Shown here piece by piece: positions 1 to 11,360 of a stretch of 64,000 nt of DNA; within the stretch, counting starts at the first letter, position 1; every line of letters starts with the position of its first letter. Both the position numbers and the translations under genes were made by a program. The notes beneath the pieces are model-generated. The model made no database searches. It worked only from the letters and a program-made list of their open reading frames with translations, and was not told the origin of the DNA. Source of the DNA: Octopus sinensis (Eukaryota); assembly GCF_006345805.1 (NCBI RefSeq), contig NC_043000.1:82708001-82772000 (forward strand), in the 5' to 3' direction.

Positions 1-254
1 CCACCACCACCATCATCACTATCACCATCATCACTACTATTATTCTATGCCCCTGTGGCTAATAAAAGAAATCATCATTATCACTATTATTGTTTTTTTT
101 TTATTATTGTTGCTGTTGTTCTCCCTTTTCATCTTCTTCTTCTCATCATCATCATCATCATCATCATCATTATTATTATTATTATTATTTTCTTTTTTCT
201 TCTTACTCTTATCACATTAGCATCATATCAGCATCATCAACATCGTCATCATCG

Positions 255-287
<33 letters not shown>

Positions 288-638
288 CCACCATCATCAT
301 CGTCATCTCCATCATCATCATCATCATTATCATCTTCATCATCATCATCATTATTATCACTATCATCATTTAACTTCATTCTCTCATGTCTTCCTCAATC
401 TTCTTTTGTGGCGTTAATCCTGGCATTGGTGCGAGTAGCAGTAATAGTATTGTTGTTGTTGTTGTTGCTGCGGTGGTGGTGGTGGTGGTGGTGGTCGTCG
501 TCGTCGTCGTCGTCGTCGTCGTGGTCATCGTCGTCGTCGTCGTCGACATCGTTGTTGCTGCTGTTGTTGCTATTGACGACGATCGTCAGGATCGCGATCA
601 TAATGATGCTGGAGATGATGATGATGATGATGATGATA

Positions 639-674
<36 letters not shown>

Positions 675-780
675 GTGGTGGTGTGGTGGTGGTGGTGGTG
701 GTGGTGGTGATGATGATGATGGTGGTGGTGGTGGTGGTGGTGGTGGTGGTGGTGATGTTGCTTCTGCTGCCAGTGATGTA
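1..780. repeat. Compound trinucleotide microsatellites (CAT/ATT/GTC/GAT/GGT)n
   Basis: Pure triplet runs; overlapping homopolymeric ORFs in several frames are artefacts. Confidence 0.95.
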
Positions 781-854
781 GTAGCCGAGTTCTCTGTAGT
801 TGGCAATGAAGGTCACTATTCGCCACTAACTTGCTGACCAAGCTGAATCTGCTT

Positions 855-1063
855 AACACACGCACACACACACATATACACAGTACCAAATGCATGCACA
901 TAAATACACAAACAGTCATATACACATGCACACACACAGAGGAAGCATATACGCATAATGCCATATATATGTGTGTGTGTGTGCGTGCGCGCGTTCGTTT
1001 CTGTATACATATATATATATATGGCAAATGAAATCCATTATATGTATATATATACATATATAT

Positions 1064-1140
<77 letters not shown>

Positions 1141-1460
1141 TACATATATATTATATACATAACTCATATATACACATATATTTAGATATACGTTATTATA
1201 TACACACAAATGCACATATATATATATGTGTGTGTGTGTGTATGTATGTATGTATTGGGGGATGTGTGTATTTGTGTGTGTATGTTTGTGTACCTGTGCA
1301 TGTGTGTGCGTATGCATTTGTGTGTGCATATGTTTGTATTTGAGAGCATGCATTTATGTGTACACAGGCAAATTTCAAAATACATATACGCTATATATGC
1401 ACATATACACACACACATGCACACACGCACGCACACACACACGCACACACACACACACAA
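855..1460. repeat. (CA)n/(TA)n/(TG)n dinucleotide microsatellite block
   Basis: Seen directly. Confidence 0.95.
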
Positions 1461-1849
1461 TCACAGCCGCCGACAGACAGCAATAGTAGCAGTGACGGGA
1501 GTGCACAGCGTGGAAATTGCAGAGAAATAGTGAGAGTAGCTAATGAAGTAGATAGGAGCTGGCTGATGAGGGGAGTTCAAAGGCTGTGTGTGGGATCGAG
1601 CAGCGTAGATTGGATGGAGCGAAATGGGTGAGGGAGACAGGAAGAAGGAGAATTAGGCTGTGGTGGATGAAGAGAAGGCCTGAAGTAGAGCGAAAGGGAG
1701 AGTTTAGAAAGGTGGAGGAGAAGAAATGGGGAGAAATAACATGAAAGGGGGAAAAGAAGAAGGAAAAGAAGGGGTAAAGGGAAAAAAGAAAATCAAAGAA
1801 AAGGAAGAAATCAGAACGTTAACAATAGCATCAGGTTTCATCAATAACA

Positions 1850-2351
1850 TCAAGAACAACATTAAGTTCACCCTCGTTGTCATCATCGTTGTCGCCCTCG
1901 TCGTCGTCGTTGTCGTCATCATTATCATTATCATCATCAACAACAACAACAACAACATGAGTAATAATAACAACACTTCCACCACCATTATCAGCAGCAG
2001 TTAGAGCAATATTATATCCTCCCCATCATCATCATCGTCGTCGTCGTCGTCATCATCATGATCGTTATCATCATCGTTCTCGTCAACATCATCATCGTCG
2101 TCGTCATTGTCGCCATCACGGTCGTTATTATCATCGTCAAGATTGTCCTCGTCGACATCATCATCATCATCATCATCATCACCACCACCACCACCACCAT
2201 CATCATCATATCATCATCATCGTCGTCGTCGTCGTCGTCATAAACTACAGTAATAACAACTACAGCCACAATATTATTGTCATCTGTCATCATCAATCAT
2301 CATTACCGTCATCGCTGTCAACAGCAGTAGTAATATCGCCATCATCTTCAC

Positions 2352-2419
<68 letters not shown>

Positions 2420-2545
2420 AGAAGACTAACATCAGTTATCACCAGTAGCCGTAGTATAGCGGTGGTTGTAGCATTGGCAGAAGCAGTAATACTATAATTA
2501 GTCATCATCAATCATTAATCAGCAACAGCAACAACAACAACAAAA
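1850..2545. repeat. Trinucleotide low-complexity block (CAT/GTC/AAT/CAA)n
   Basis: Seen directly. Confidence 0.9.
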
Positions 2546-2689
2546 GCAATCAATGATGAGCCTCAACCTGGTCACCTCGACCTACTAGAGACAACAGCCG
2601 AATTGCACGATACTGTCTTTAATAAACGAAGGACACGTAGTATAGTGTAGTGCAGGATATTCTATGATCGAAGAAAATACTGAAATAAA

Positions 2690-3135
2690 GTATAGCCTTG
2701 AGCCCGCAGGTCGAGTCAGCGAGGTTAACTCGAGGGGACAGTAAAAGGCTTGACGGTATGACAATTTTTCCGTTCCTTGGCAATAGGACCTTCATCTGGG
2801 ATACCATATGCAGTGACACCTTCTCTCCATCGGTAACTTGGTGTGTTCAGTTACCAGCCCAGACTCCACTGTTCATCAGGCTGAGAAAAACAAACTGTCA
2901 AAGTATCGGTCGCTCTCTGGCAGGTTTATGGTCAAGCCTGTAGCAGTGCAGACCTCCAACGTTCTTAGTCCCCAGACCATATCCCTGCTCATTATTATCG
3001 GGGCGGAAATGGCTATCCGAAAGTGCAAGTCACGTGAGTCAGAGTGACTGTTCCAGTGAACCTCCCTCACTATCCTCCAGGGCAACGCATTTTCCATCTT
3101 GTCTGCTGAGACCGTAAGGTGGTCTGAATTTCAGG
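2690..3135 (+). mobile_element. Degenerate 3' end of a CRE-like non-LTR retrotransposon (restriction-like endonuclease domain)
   Basis: Frameshifted translation RGDSKRLDGMTIFPF..IWDTICSDTFSPS / QAEKNKLSKYRSL..KPVAVQTSNV / LQGNAFSIL matches the remembered CRE-type RLE pattern RPDG..WDxTCxDT..KxxKY..PxAVET..QRGNA. Confidence 0.7.
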
Positions 3136-3445
3136 AAATCGAGAGAATGTAAGAATTTCGTAGCTTACTACACAAGCAATAAACTTATACAACCCCTCAG
3201 AGCTGATGAAAAATTCTACAATGATCTTCAGTTTAGAAAGTAATAAAGCATATCTACTTTGATCCTTGGTCTCACTGATCGGGGCTGACAACAACAATTA
3301 CAAGCATTACATTGAAATAACTCTAACATTAATAATGATACCATCGACAACATCATTAGCTGTAACAATTGTATTAGCAATGCTAATAGTTTTACAACAT
3401 CAGCATTAGTAAAACTAACACCAATTGAGAGCAACTTTAGCAACA

Positions 3446-3714
3446 TGTGGTATGAAGGGGAAAATAGAGAAAGGAGAATTGAGACTTTCTTGCCTGTCGA
3501 TTCGAGGTGGGGCCGTCCACACACAACCCACGTGGTCGTTTTCTTCTGTTGGTCGTTAACACACGTCCACTACTCATGCTGTCTGGCTGCACACTGACCT
3601 ATTCCCATCCCCGCTGTGCGTGCTCTCTTCGGCACTTCCGTTCTCAGGGACTCCTGACAGGGCCTACGCCCTCTCCCACTTCTGCCTTCACCACAGCTCC
3701 AGCTCAATACCACA
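3446..3714 (-). repeat. 3' LTR (269 bp)
   Basis: 8-bp terminal inverted repeats TGTGGTAT...ATACCACA. On the minus strand it is preceded directly by ATCAGTGGGGTA (PPT-like). Confidence 0.75.
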
Positions 3715-4965
3715 TACCCCACTGATCTAACAATCACTATCACTTACATACCTTTCGTAGTCTTCCAGCCACTTAGGTGGACGACGCTCTCTTTGGGATC
3801 ATCGCAAGGATGCGGTGTCAACCTCTCTCCCTCTCTTTGTTCTTCATCACTAGAGGACGCCACGACCCTCCTGACGGCTAGGATGTGACGTGGCATTCCT
3901 TCCACCGACCTGTCGTTACGAGAGTTCACTGCTGTCACCCTTCCTTTCCTCCACTGAGGTGTGCGCCGTGCGTCAGAGGGTTTTCCCCCACACTTCTACC
4001 CCACTTTGAACAAATGCTGACTGTCCTTCTTCCCCAAAGGGTCGTGATTCCAAACTCAAGTATCTCCATTCGTATCTAAACTTAGCCTTTTGAGAGACCC
4101 TGGTAACATTAGAGTCCATCTTCCTGGCCAGGAACAGGGTCCTGTCTACACTCATATGGTGCATGGTGGGCAAACTTCTCAGCCCTGACCCCCGCCCCCG
4201 GGCGACATGCTGCAGCCATTATACTTTGTACATCCACTGCCGCAACCAACGACTTTTTCACCCTGGTTAGCACATCTGCCTTATCTGCCTTATTCTTTTC
4301 TGAGGGCACAAGCACTACTTGTAGTTTCAAGCCAAACTCAGTGGCCAGCACTCTGAGGATTCCTAACCGCCACTTCATAATCATTTCCGCGCCCCGTTTT
4401 GTGCGGATTCTTCTTTGATTGCTGATCACTGATGCCAGTTCGAATTTCCGAAACGTGCAGCCCCACCTCTCAGCGCCAAGTTCAAACCCTTTAGTACAGC
4501 ATCCAGTTCAGCCACATTGATGTGACTGCAATCATCCTTTTTTCTGAGTCACGCTGCATCTTCCACCTCTACACCCCACCCCACTTCCAAGATGACTCCT
4601 ATTGCGATGCTACTTGCATCATACCAAACAACTCCGTTTTTGTTTCAGGCACATTCCAGCTGCCCCTCACTGGATCCTCCACTCTCACTCACTCCAAAAC
4701 GTCTTGCATCATGGCAGTTGTCTTCTCCTCCATTTTATCGCCCCACTTCACTCCTTCGGCTCGCCTCTTGATGAAGCTGCATGCTGTCCGGAGCCATGCT
4801 GCAACTGGATAGTGTCCCACCAGCTTTCCACACACCGAGAAGAGTTCTCGCCTACTCATATCTTTGCTCGGGTCAAGAATCTCATTTCTGCGGCGAAAAA
4901 CAAGCTTACCCATCTTATCTCTTTCAATCTTGAGCCCCAACGCAGCGCCTCCTTCTTGCATCACA
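3446..4965 (-). mobile_element. 5'-truncated, internally deleted LTR retrotransposon (RT end, RNase H, integrase remnants, 3' LTR)
   Basis: Minus-strand peptides ALGLKIER..SRRELFSVCGKLVGHYP, DASSIAIGV..HINVAELDAVLKG, VPSEKNKADKADVLTRV, HHMSVDRTLFLAR, VWGK..RHILAVRRVV, followed by a purine-rich tract and an LTR. Confidence 0.8.
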
Positions 4966-5082
4966 TAACATACACGCAGTTATATATGCAAATAACAAAG
5001 TATTAAATCCTTTTACCATTTTCCAGACACAGCTGCATAACTACTCGAAATTTATATCACTCTCAGAAATCACGCACGCACA

Positions 5083-5117
<35 letters not shown>

Positions 5118-5157
5118 GCGCGCGCGCACACACGCACGCACACACATACACACATCA

Positions 5158-5560
5158 CTTATACTTGTTTCAGTCACTGGAGTGCGGTCAAGCTGGGATC
5201 ATCTTGAAGGATTTAGTCAAATAAATCAACCCCAGTATTCTTTTTTTTAATTTGGCACTTATTTTAGCTGTCTCTTCTACCGAATTACTAAAGTTACGGT
5301 GATATTCTTTTATTCTTTTATTCGTTTCAGTCATTTGACTCGCCCATGTTGGAGCTCCGCCTTTAGTCGAACAAATCTTTGTAAGCCTAGTACTTACTCT
5401 ATTGGTCTCTTTTGCTGAACCGTTAAGTTACGGTGACATAAACACTCCAGCATCGGTTGTCAAGCGATAATCCACTTACAAGCCTTTGGTCGGCCCGAGG
5501 CTATAGTAGATGATACTTGTCCATAGTGTCACGCAGTGGGACTGAACCCGGAACCATGTG
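5158..5560 (-). mobile_element. SINE family A fragments (tRNA-derived)
   Basis: Same sequence as fuller copies at 28150, 30570, 38370 and 59008. Confidence 0.85.
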
Positions 5561-5613
5561 GTTATATATATATATATATATACGCGAGAAAGAAGCAACA
5601 AGAATGGATAAGT

Positions 5614-5704
5614 TTTTAGTACAATCGTTTCATACAAAGACAGGCTTTATTAAAAGTTGCAAAAATTGCAGCATATAAACGTGTCCCGTACTCATCAGCT
5701 AAAA
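5614..5704 (-). ncRNA. Type I hammerhead ribozyme, long stem II
   Basis: ttttag CTGATGA [~60-nt hairpin] GAAAC gatt GTA ctaaaa on the minus strand. Confidence 0.8.
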
Positions 5705-6372
5705 TACATGTGAGTTCTCTTTTTTCTTTTTCTTCTTCTTATTCTCTTTTTTCTTTTTTTCTTTTTCCTTTTCTCTTTTCTTTTAGTCCCCCCCCCTTTT
5801 TGCTCCCTCCTCCTTTATTTTCTCTCTTTTCCTCTCTTTCCTTCCCTTCCTGTTCTTTGCCTCTCTAGAAAGCCCTTCAGCCTTTAAAAGTCAAATAGCT
5901 ACAGTCTCTTGAAAATAGCAGTAATGTGATTAATGTGGCAAATACCTAATCATTGTGTTCAACCATTGATAAATTTATCGTCTGTGAATACGAAATTCCT
6001 CTTCATTTCTTTGGAAATTTACATCTACATCATTGGAAATTGTGCACCTATACAAAGGATTAATTCACCCTCTCTGTAATGCTAATAAGCAGGAATTGAT
6101 ACCCACCTCGTTGTGATTAACCATGGATAAATTTGTCGTCTGTGAGTATGTAATCCCTCCTCATATCTCTGGAAATTCATATGTACACTATGGATTAAGT
6201 CACCTTCTTCTATGTGATGCTATTAAAACTTTTTTAAAAATCTGTGATAAGACTGTACATCATCTTTAAAGAACTTTAATGAACTTTGGAAATCTGTTTA
6301 TGTTACTTAATTATCTACATTACTTCATGAGTATAGCCTCAACCACTAAGATGTCTAGAGAACTCACATGTA

Positions 6373-6463
6373 TTTTAGCTGATGAGTACGGGACACGTTT
6401 ATATGCTGCAATTTTTGCAACTTTTAATAAAGCCTGTCTTTGTATGAAACGATTGTACTAAAA
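6373..6463 (+). ncRNA. Type I hammerhead ribozyme, long stem II
   Basis: Stem I ttttag/ctaaaa; CTGATGA 6379-6385; GAAAC 6446-6450; GTA triplet 6455-6457. Confidence 0.8.
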
Positions 6464-6610
6464 ACTTATCCATTCTTGTTGCTTCTTTCTCGCTTATAAT
6501 CACCCCACATTACTGTATGGTTAAAACCGTATAGTTTTTTGGTGCATCTAAGTTAGGTACCATATTCAAGTAAATTCATTAAAATTGACTTGAATCTTTA
6601 TTGCTTTTTG

Positions 6611-6654
<44 letters not shown>

Positions 6655-6694
6655 TTCTAAGTATCTCTAAAGGGGACTACGGCAGCGGAACTGG

Positions 6695-6864
6695 ATATTA
6701 ATAGTTATCGCCAAGCTAATATGGCAGTCCAGAAAGGTTATAATGGACACAGGTTCGTGTGTCGCATAGATTGCTACAGGCGATGACCTCTTGGAGCTAA
6801 TCAACGGCAGCATTCGTCCTATATTTCTGGACTGCCATATTAGCTTGGCGATAACTATTAATAT
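6695..6864. repeat. 41-bp perfect inverted repeat within (TA)n
   Basis: 6695-6735 vs 6824-6864. Confidence 0.85.
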
Positions 6865-6869
6865 ATATA

Positions 6870-6918
<49 letters not shown>

Positions 6919-6953
6919 TTTAACATCGGAGTCCGTATCCTTGGGATTAATTT

Positions 6954-7228
6954 AGTATAGTCCGTATTATCCGTGGGCATCCGGTCGATCATCATCATTG
7001 ATCCATTTCATCAGGCGATACTGTATTAGTGGATGAATCACAGTGATGTTTATTCCTACTTGCCAGGTGATACTTCAAGAAGGGATACCCTCATAGCTAG
7101 ATTAGTCTTCATACTGGGAAGAAGGGATAAACATCCTTCTGTGATTCATCCACTAATGCAGTATCGCCTGATGAAATGAATCAATGATGATGATCAACCA
7201 GATACCCACGGATAATACGGACTATACT
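6954..7228. repeat. ~90-bp imperfect inverted repeat
   Basis: 6954-7043 vs 7139-7228. Confidence 0.85.
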
Positions 7229-7326
7229 GTATTAAATATTTATAAATTCCATCCTAGAATTATTGTTATTATATGTGTGTGTATGTGTATGTATGTATGT
7301 ATGTGTGTGTGTGTGTGTGTGTGTTG

Positions 7327-7344
<18 letters not shown>

Positions 7345-7373
<29 letters not shown>

Positions 7374-7490
7374 ATACAACGAGCTTCTTTCAGTTTCTGT
7401 CTACCAAATCTACTTACAGGCTTTGGTTGGCCCGAAGCTATAATGGAAGACATTTCCCAAGGTGCCACGCAGTAGAACAGACCCAAGAAC
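7345..7490 (-). mobile_element. SINE family A 5' fragment
   Basis: Matches other copies. Confidence 0.75.
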
Positions 7491-8225
7491 TTCCCTATGA
7501 TACAGCCACACCAGCGCCTATGTCTGAAAAAAGACACGATGGTCATGATTGGAATCTGATCATAGGTTTAGTTGGCTTGGGATTAAACAATATCAAAACC
7601 ATAAGAGCTGAAAGGGGCTTCTGCTTAGTTATTCATCGTAATAGAAATAGCAGCTAAATTTTCCTCAAATCATACCATATTTTAAAAAATGGATATTGTG
7701 TAATGCAATCCAGGATGTATTAAATCTGAAAAGATGGAACGGTCGTGGCTGGAGCACTTCTGGACATGGGGTTACTGATCCGGAGATAATTAAAAACAAC
7801 AAATACATTTTTAAACGAGAACAACCAACTGACTTTCAATGAAAATCAAATAGACCATCTAGCGGACTAACGTTGTTGTTGTTACTATTGCTGCTGCTGC
7901 TACTTTGCTGCTGCTGTTGTTGTTGTCATTGTTGCAGTTGTTGCTGATGCTGCTGCTGCTGTTGTTGTTGTTTAACGTTAGGTTTAGTTTGGTCCAGCAG
8001 ACCTATGATCGCTGCCATTCCAGTCAAAACTATACATTTTCATTTTGGCCTCTTAAAGATTACATTATCTAATGTGTCCTCCTTTAGAAATCTGTTGGGA
8101 TGAGATTTGGGGAAGAATTTGGCTACTGTTTCCAGCAATTTCGATCAGCCATAAAGAAGTTCCTGCGTTGTCTTGCCGTTATTGTTTAGCAAACTTGGTA
8201 GGCGGAAGCTGTAAGAAGACCTCTG

Positions 8226-8276
<51 letters not shown>

Positions 8277-8282
<6 letters not shown>

Positions 8283-8630
8283 ATTCGAGACAAAACCACT
8301 ATTTTAAAACCAAACAAGGAAAGACTTAATCAATACATAAAATTTTAATATAAATTAAATAAACCGCCACTACAAATTTGATACTGATTAGAAGATCGAA
8401 AATCCACCTGAAGATTGTCGGTAGCAGACATGAAACATTTGTAGTGGCGGTTTATTTAATTTATATTAAAATTTTATGTATTGATTAAGTCTTTCCTTGT
8501 TTGGTTTTAAAATAGTGGTTTTGTCTCGAATTATATTATATAATATTTTACTATAAAATTGGATTTAACCCTAAATCTGATTTTTCCCTGTAATTTTGGA
8601 TTTATTCCCTAATATTTATTATTATATATA
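8277..8630 (+). mobile_element. pLTR-like unit with ~100-bp inverted repeat, flanked by (TA)n
   Basis: ~8277-8375 vs ~8436-8535; a hammerhead overlaps the spacer and right arm. Confidence 0.7.
8404..8447 (+). ncRNA. Minimal type I hammerhead ribozyme
   Basis: ccac CTGAAGA t-tgtc ggtagca gaca-t GAAAC attt GTA gtgg. Confidence 0.75.
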
Positions 8631-8671
8631 TATATTATATATATATATACACACACCACACAGACACATAC

Positions 8672-8760
<89 letters not shown>

Positions 8761-8763
<3 letters not shown>

Positions 8764-8990
8764 GAAATGAAGAAAATGCTGACAAAATAATTTAAGTAAG
8801 GGAGAGTGTATTTAATTAGGTGAAAGATCTCAGATAAGAGAAAAAAATCTATCAGAAAGGAACTCTATCTCTCTTTAAAAAATATCTTTTGATAAGCATA
8901 ACAATGCGCAACCGGTAAAAAGAACTTTCACCTAATTAAATACACTCTCCCTTACTTAAATTATTTTGTCAGCATTTTCTTCATTTCCCT
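8761..8990. repeat. ~66-bp perfect inverted repeat enclosing a variant hammerhead
   Basis: 8761-8826 vs 8925-8990. Confidence 0.85.
8886..8922 (+). ncRNA. Variant minimal hammerhead (U3-A8; GAAA mutated to GCAA)
   Basis: TTGATAA GCAT aaca ATGC GCAA CCGG TA; stem I is weak. Confidence 0.5.
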
Positions 8991-9031
8991 TTTTTTTATA
9001 TATCACAACTCGTGTTCCACATCTCCGTTTT

Positions 9032-9105
<74 letters not shown>

Positions 9106-9239
9106 AAAATAGTAAAGTGTGAAAAAACGACAGAAGGCTTAAATGTTAAAAAATATATATATTTGTGTCAAAATGTCTGGAGAATATTGGAAAAATTTTT
9201 TTTCCCTTTCCTTAAAATGACATAATTTTAAATTTTTAA

Positions 9240-9277
9240 AGAAATTACCGGTTTCGCGTGTAGCTTTTCAAATTTCT
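9240..9277 (-). ncRNA. Minimal hammerhead, U3-A8 variant
   Basis: agaaat TTGAAAA GC tacac GC GAAA CCGG TA atttct. Confidence 0.7.
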
Positions 9278-9774
9278 TGTGACGTTATGTTTATATTGCA
9301 TGGAATTATCGTTGTTTTTATTCCAGGAGATTTCTAAATAAGGGGAGGTAATGAGTGATTTTTTCCGGTGTAGGGGAGATAATCGCTTAAAAATTTTTTT
9401 TCCCTTTTCCTTGTTAATTTCTCTGTGTCAGTATGTTCGGATGGTTGAGTCTGGGTTTGTACTTTTCAATGAAGAATGTTTCCTTGTTCAGTCTCATTTG
9501 TGTTGATGATCCGAAAGCACATTGGTAAAATGGGAAGATTAAAAATTGTGGCAGTAGTTGCTTTGCGCATTTCTCAATGTGCTCACTAAAAGGTATCATT
9601 CTATATTCTGGGAATGCAATCTGTTGTCGATGCAGTGTTCAAGGAAAAGGGAAAAAAATTTTTAAGCGATTATCTCCCCTACACCGGAAAAATCACTCAC
9701 TACCTCCCCTTATTTAGAAATCTCCTGGAAATAAAAACAACGATAATTCCATGCAATATAAACATAACGTCACA

Positions 9775-9812
9775 AGAAATTTGAAAAGCTACACGCGAAA
9801 CCGGTAATTTCT
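9775..9812 (+). ncRNA. Minimal hammerhead, U3-A8 variant
   Basis: Identical inverted copy of 9240-9277. Confidence 0.7.
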
Positions 9813-10029
9813 TTAAAAATTTTAAAATTATGTCATTTTAAGGAAAGGGAAAAAAAAATTTTTCCAATATTCTCCAGACATTTTGACACAAATATATATA
9901 TTTTTTAACATTTAAGCCTTCTGTCGTTTTTTCACACTTTACTATTTTCTTATATATTCACCCACGTGCTTTACCAAACAAACTTTCTTATCTATCTATA
10001 TATATATATATATTATATATATATATATA

Positions 10030-10238
10030 TACGAGGGACTGCTGAAAAGTTCCTGGTTTTGAATAAAAGAAAATACAGGAGGATCAGTTAATTGTGATTT
10101 TATTCAACACATTGCCCTCTTATTGCAGCAGTCCTTCAGTTTTTCTAATCCCTGCAAAATAATTCGGAAGGCTGGGCTTCTAACCAGGTCTTTCGCGATA
10201 TCCTTAAAGCCAGAAACTTTTCACCACCACCTCGTGTA
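10030..10238. mobile_element. Mariner-type MITE
   Basis: Imperfect TIRs CGAGGGACTGCTGAAAAGTTCCTGG / CCAGAAACTTTTCACCACCACCTCG with TA flanks; partial related copy at 48550-48715. Confidence 0.7.
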
Positions 10239-10738
10239 TATACTAAAATCCCAGCATGGCCGCTGTCCAATGACAGAAACAAATAAGAGATAAAAGGGTA
10301 AAAGACAAATCCGGACATGCTGTATTATATTAAGACTGAGCCATGAATTCTAGTAGACACGCAGGATCTGGCATGAAGAGGCAATGGAGTCGGTGCTGGA
10401 ACGCTTTTGAGCTGAGTTGGCCTACAGTTTATGAACAACTACCACAAGATTTAGTGAGTGGTGGTGGTGTCTGAAGAAGCTGGAAGATGTTTGTGGAACA
10501 GTTATTGGAGATGTTAGATCAGAAGACTCTAGTGGGGGTGGATGATGGCGGCGGTAACGATGGGAGAGCAGAGGCGGTTATGGTGGGAAGTTATGATAGC
10601 TGTGGGTTATGGTAGAGTAAAGATAGTAATAGTGCTGGTGGTGGTGGTGGTGGTGATGACGGTGGTAGTGGTAGTGGTGGTGATAATAAAGATAGCAGCG
10701 GCAACAGATGTAACAGCAGCAGCAGGAGTAGTAGTAGT

Positions 10739-10769
<31 letters not shown>

Positions 10770-10818
<49 letters not shown>

Positions 10819-10988
10819 CAGCAGCAGCAGCAGGATTAGCAGCAATGGTAGTAGTAGTAAGTAGTAGTAGTAGTAGTAGTAGTAGCAGCAGCAGCAGGAT
10901 TAGCAGCAATGGTAGTAGTAGTAGTAGTTAGTAGTAGTAGTAGTAGTTAGTAGTAGTAGTAGCAGCAGCAGCAGGATTAGCAGCAATG

Positions 10989-11031
<43 letters not shown>

Positions 11032-11057
11032 CAGCAGCAGCAGGATTAGCAGCAATG

Positions 11058-11091
<34 letters not shown>

Positions 11092-11117
11092 CAGCAGCAG
11101 CAGGATTAGCAGCAATG

Positions 11118-11157
<40 letters not shown>

Positions 11158-11183
11158 CAGCAGCAGCAGGATTAGCAGCAATG

Positions 11184-11232
<49 letters not shown>

Positions 11233-11261
11233 CAGCAGCAGCAGCAGGATTAGCAGCAATG

Positions 11262-11301
<40 letters not shown>

Positions 11302-11360
11302 CAGCAGCAGCAGGATTAGCAGCAATGGTAGTAGTAGTAGTAGTAGTAGTAGTAGTTACT
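10770..11360. repeat. Compound minisatellite (GTA)n(GCA)4-6-GGATTAGCAGCAATG, 8 units
   Basis: Eight copies of the GGATTAGCAGCAATG anchor counted. Confidence 0.9.

Larger units (their letters stand above)
5582..6615 (+). mobile_element. Penelope-like pLTR unit with inverted terminal copy, flanked by (TA)n
   Basis: 5582-5720 is the reverse complement of ~6355-6495. Second copy of the family at 61232-62357. Contains hammerhead motifs. Confidence 0.75.
9101..9990 (-). mobile_element. Penelope-like element 3' end: GIY-YIG endonuclease remnant between inverted pLTRs
   Basis: Arms 9101-9413 and 9640-9954. The spacer encodes TLHRQQIAFPEYRMIPFSEHIEKC..FLIFPFY..RLNKETFFIEKYKPRLN, typical of a PLE GIY-YIG C-terminus. 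Both flanks are (TA)n. Confidence 0.85.

Noticed and set aside
55-2511. Long poly-His/Ser/Val/Ile ORFs
   Set aside because: Translated microsatellites open in several frames on both strands.
6775-6815. Hammerhead-like GCGATGA CCTC TTG GAGC TAAT
   Set aside because: Core and GAAA both mismatched; no stem I or III.
10770-11360. CRISPR-like array
   Set aside because: Spacers are (GTA)n, the context is eukaryotic and there are no cas genes.
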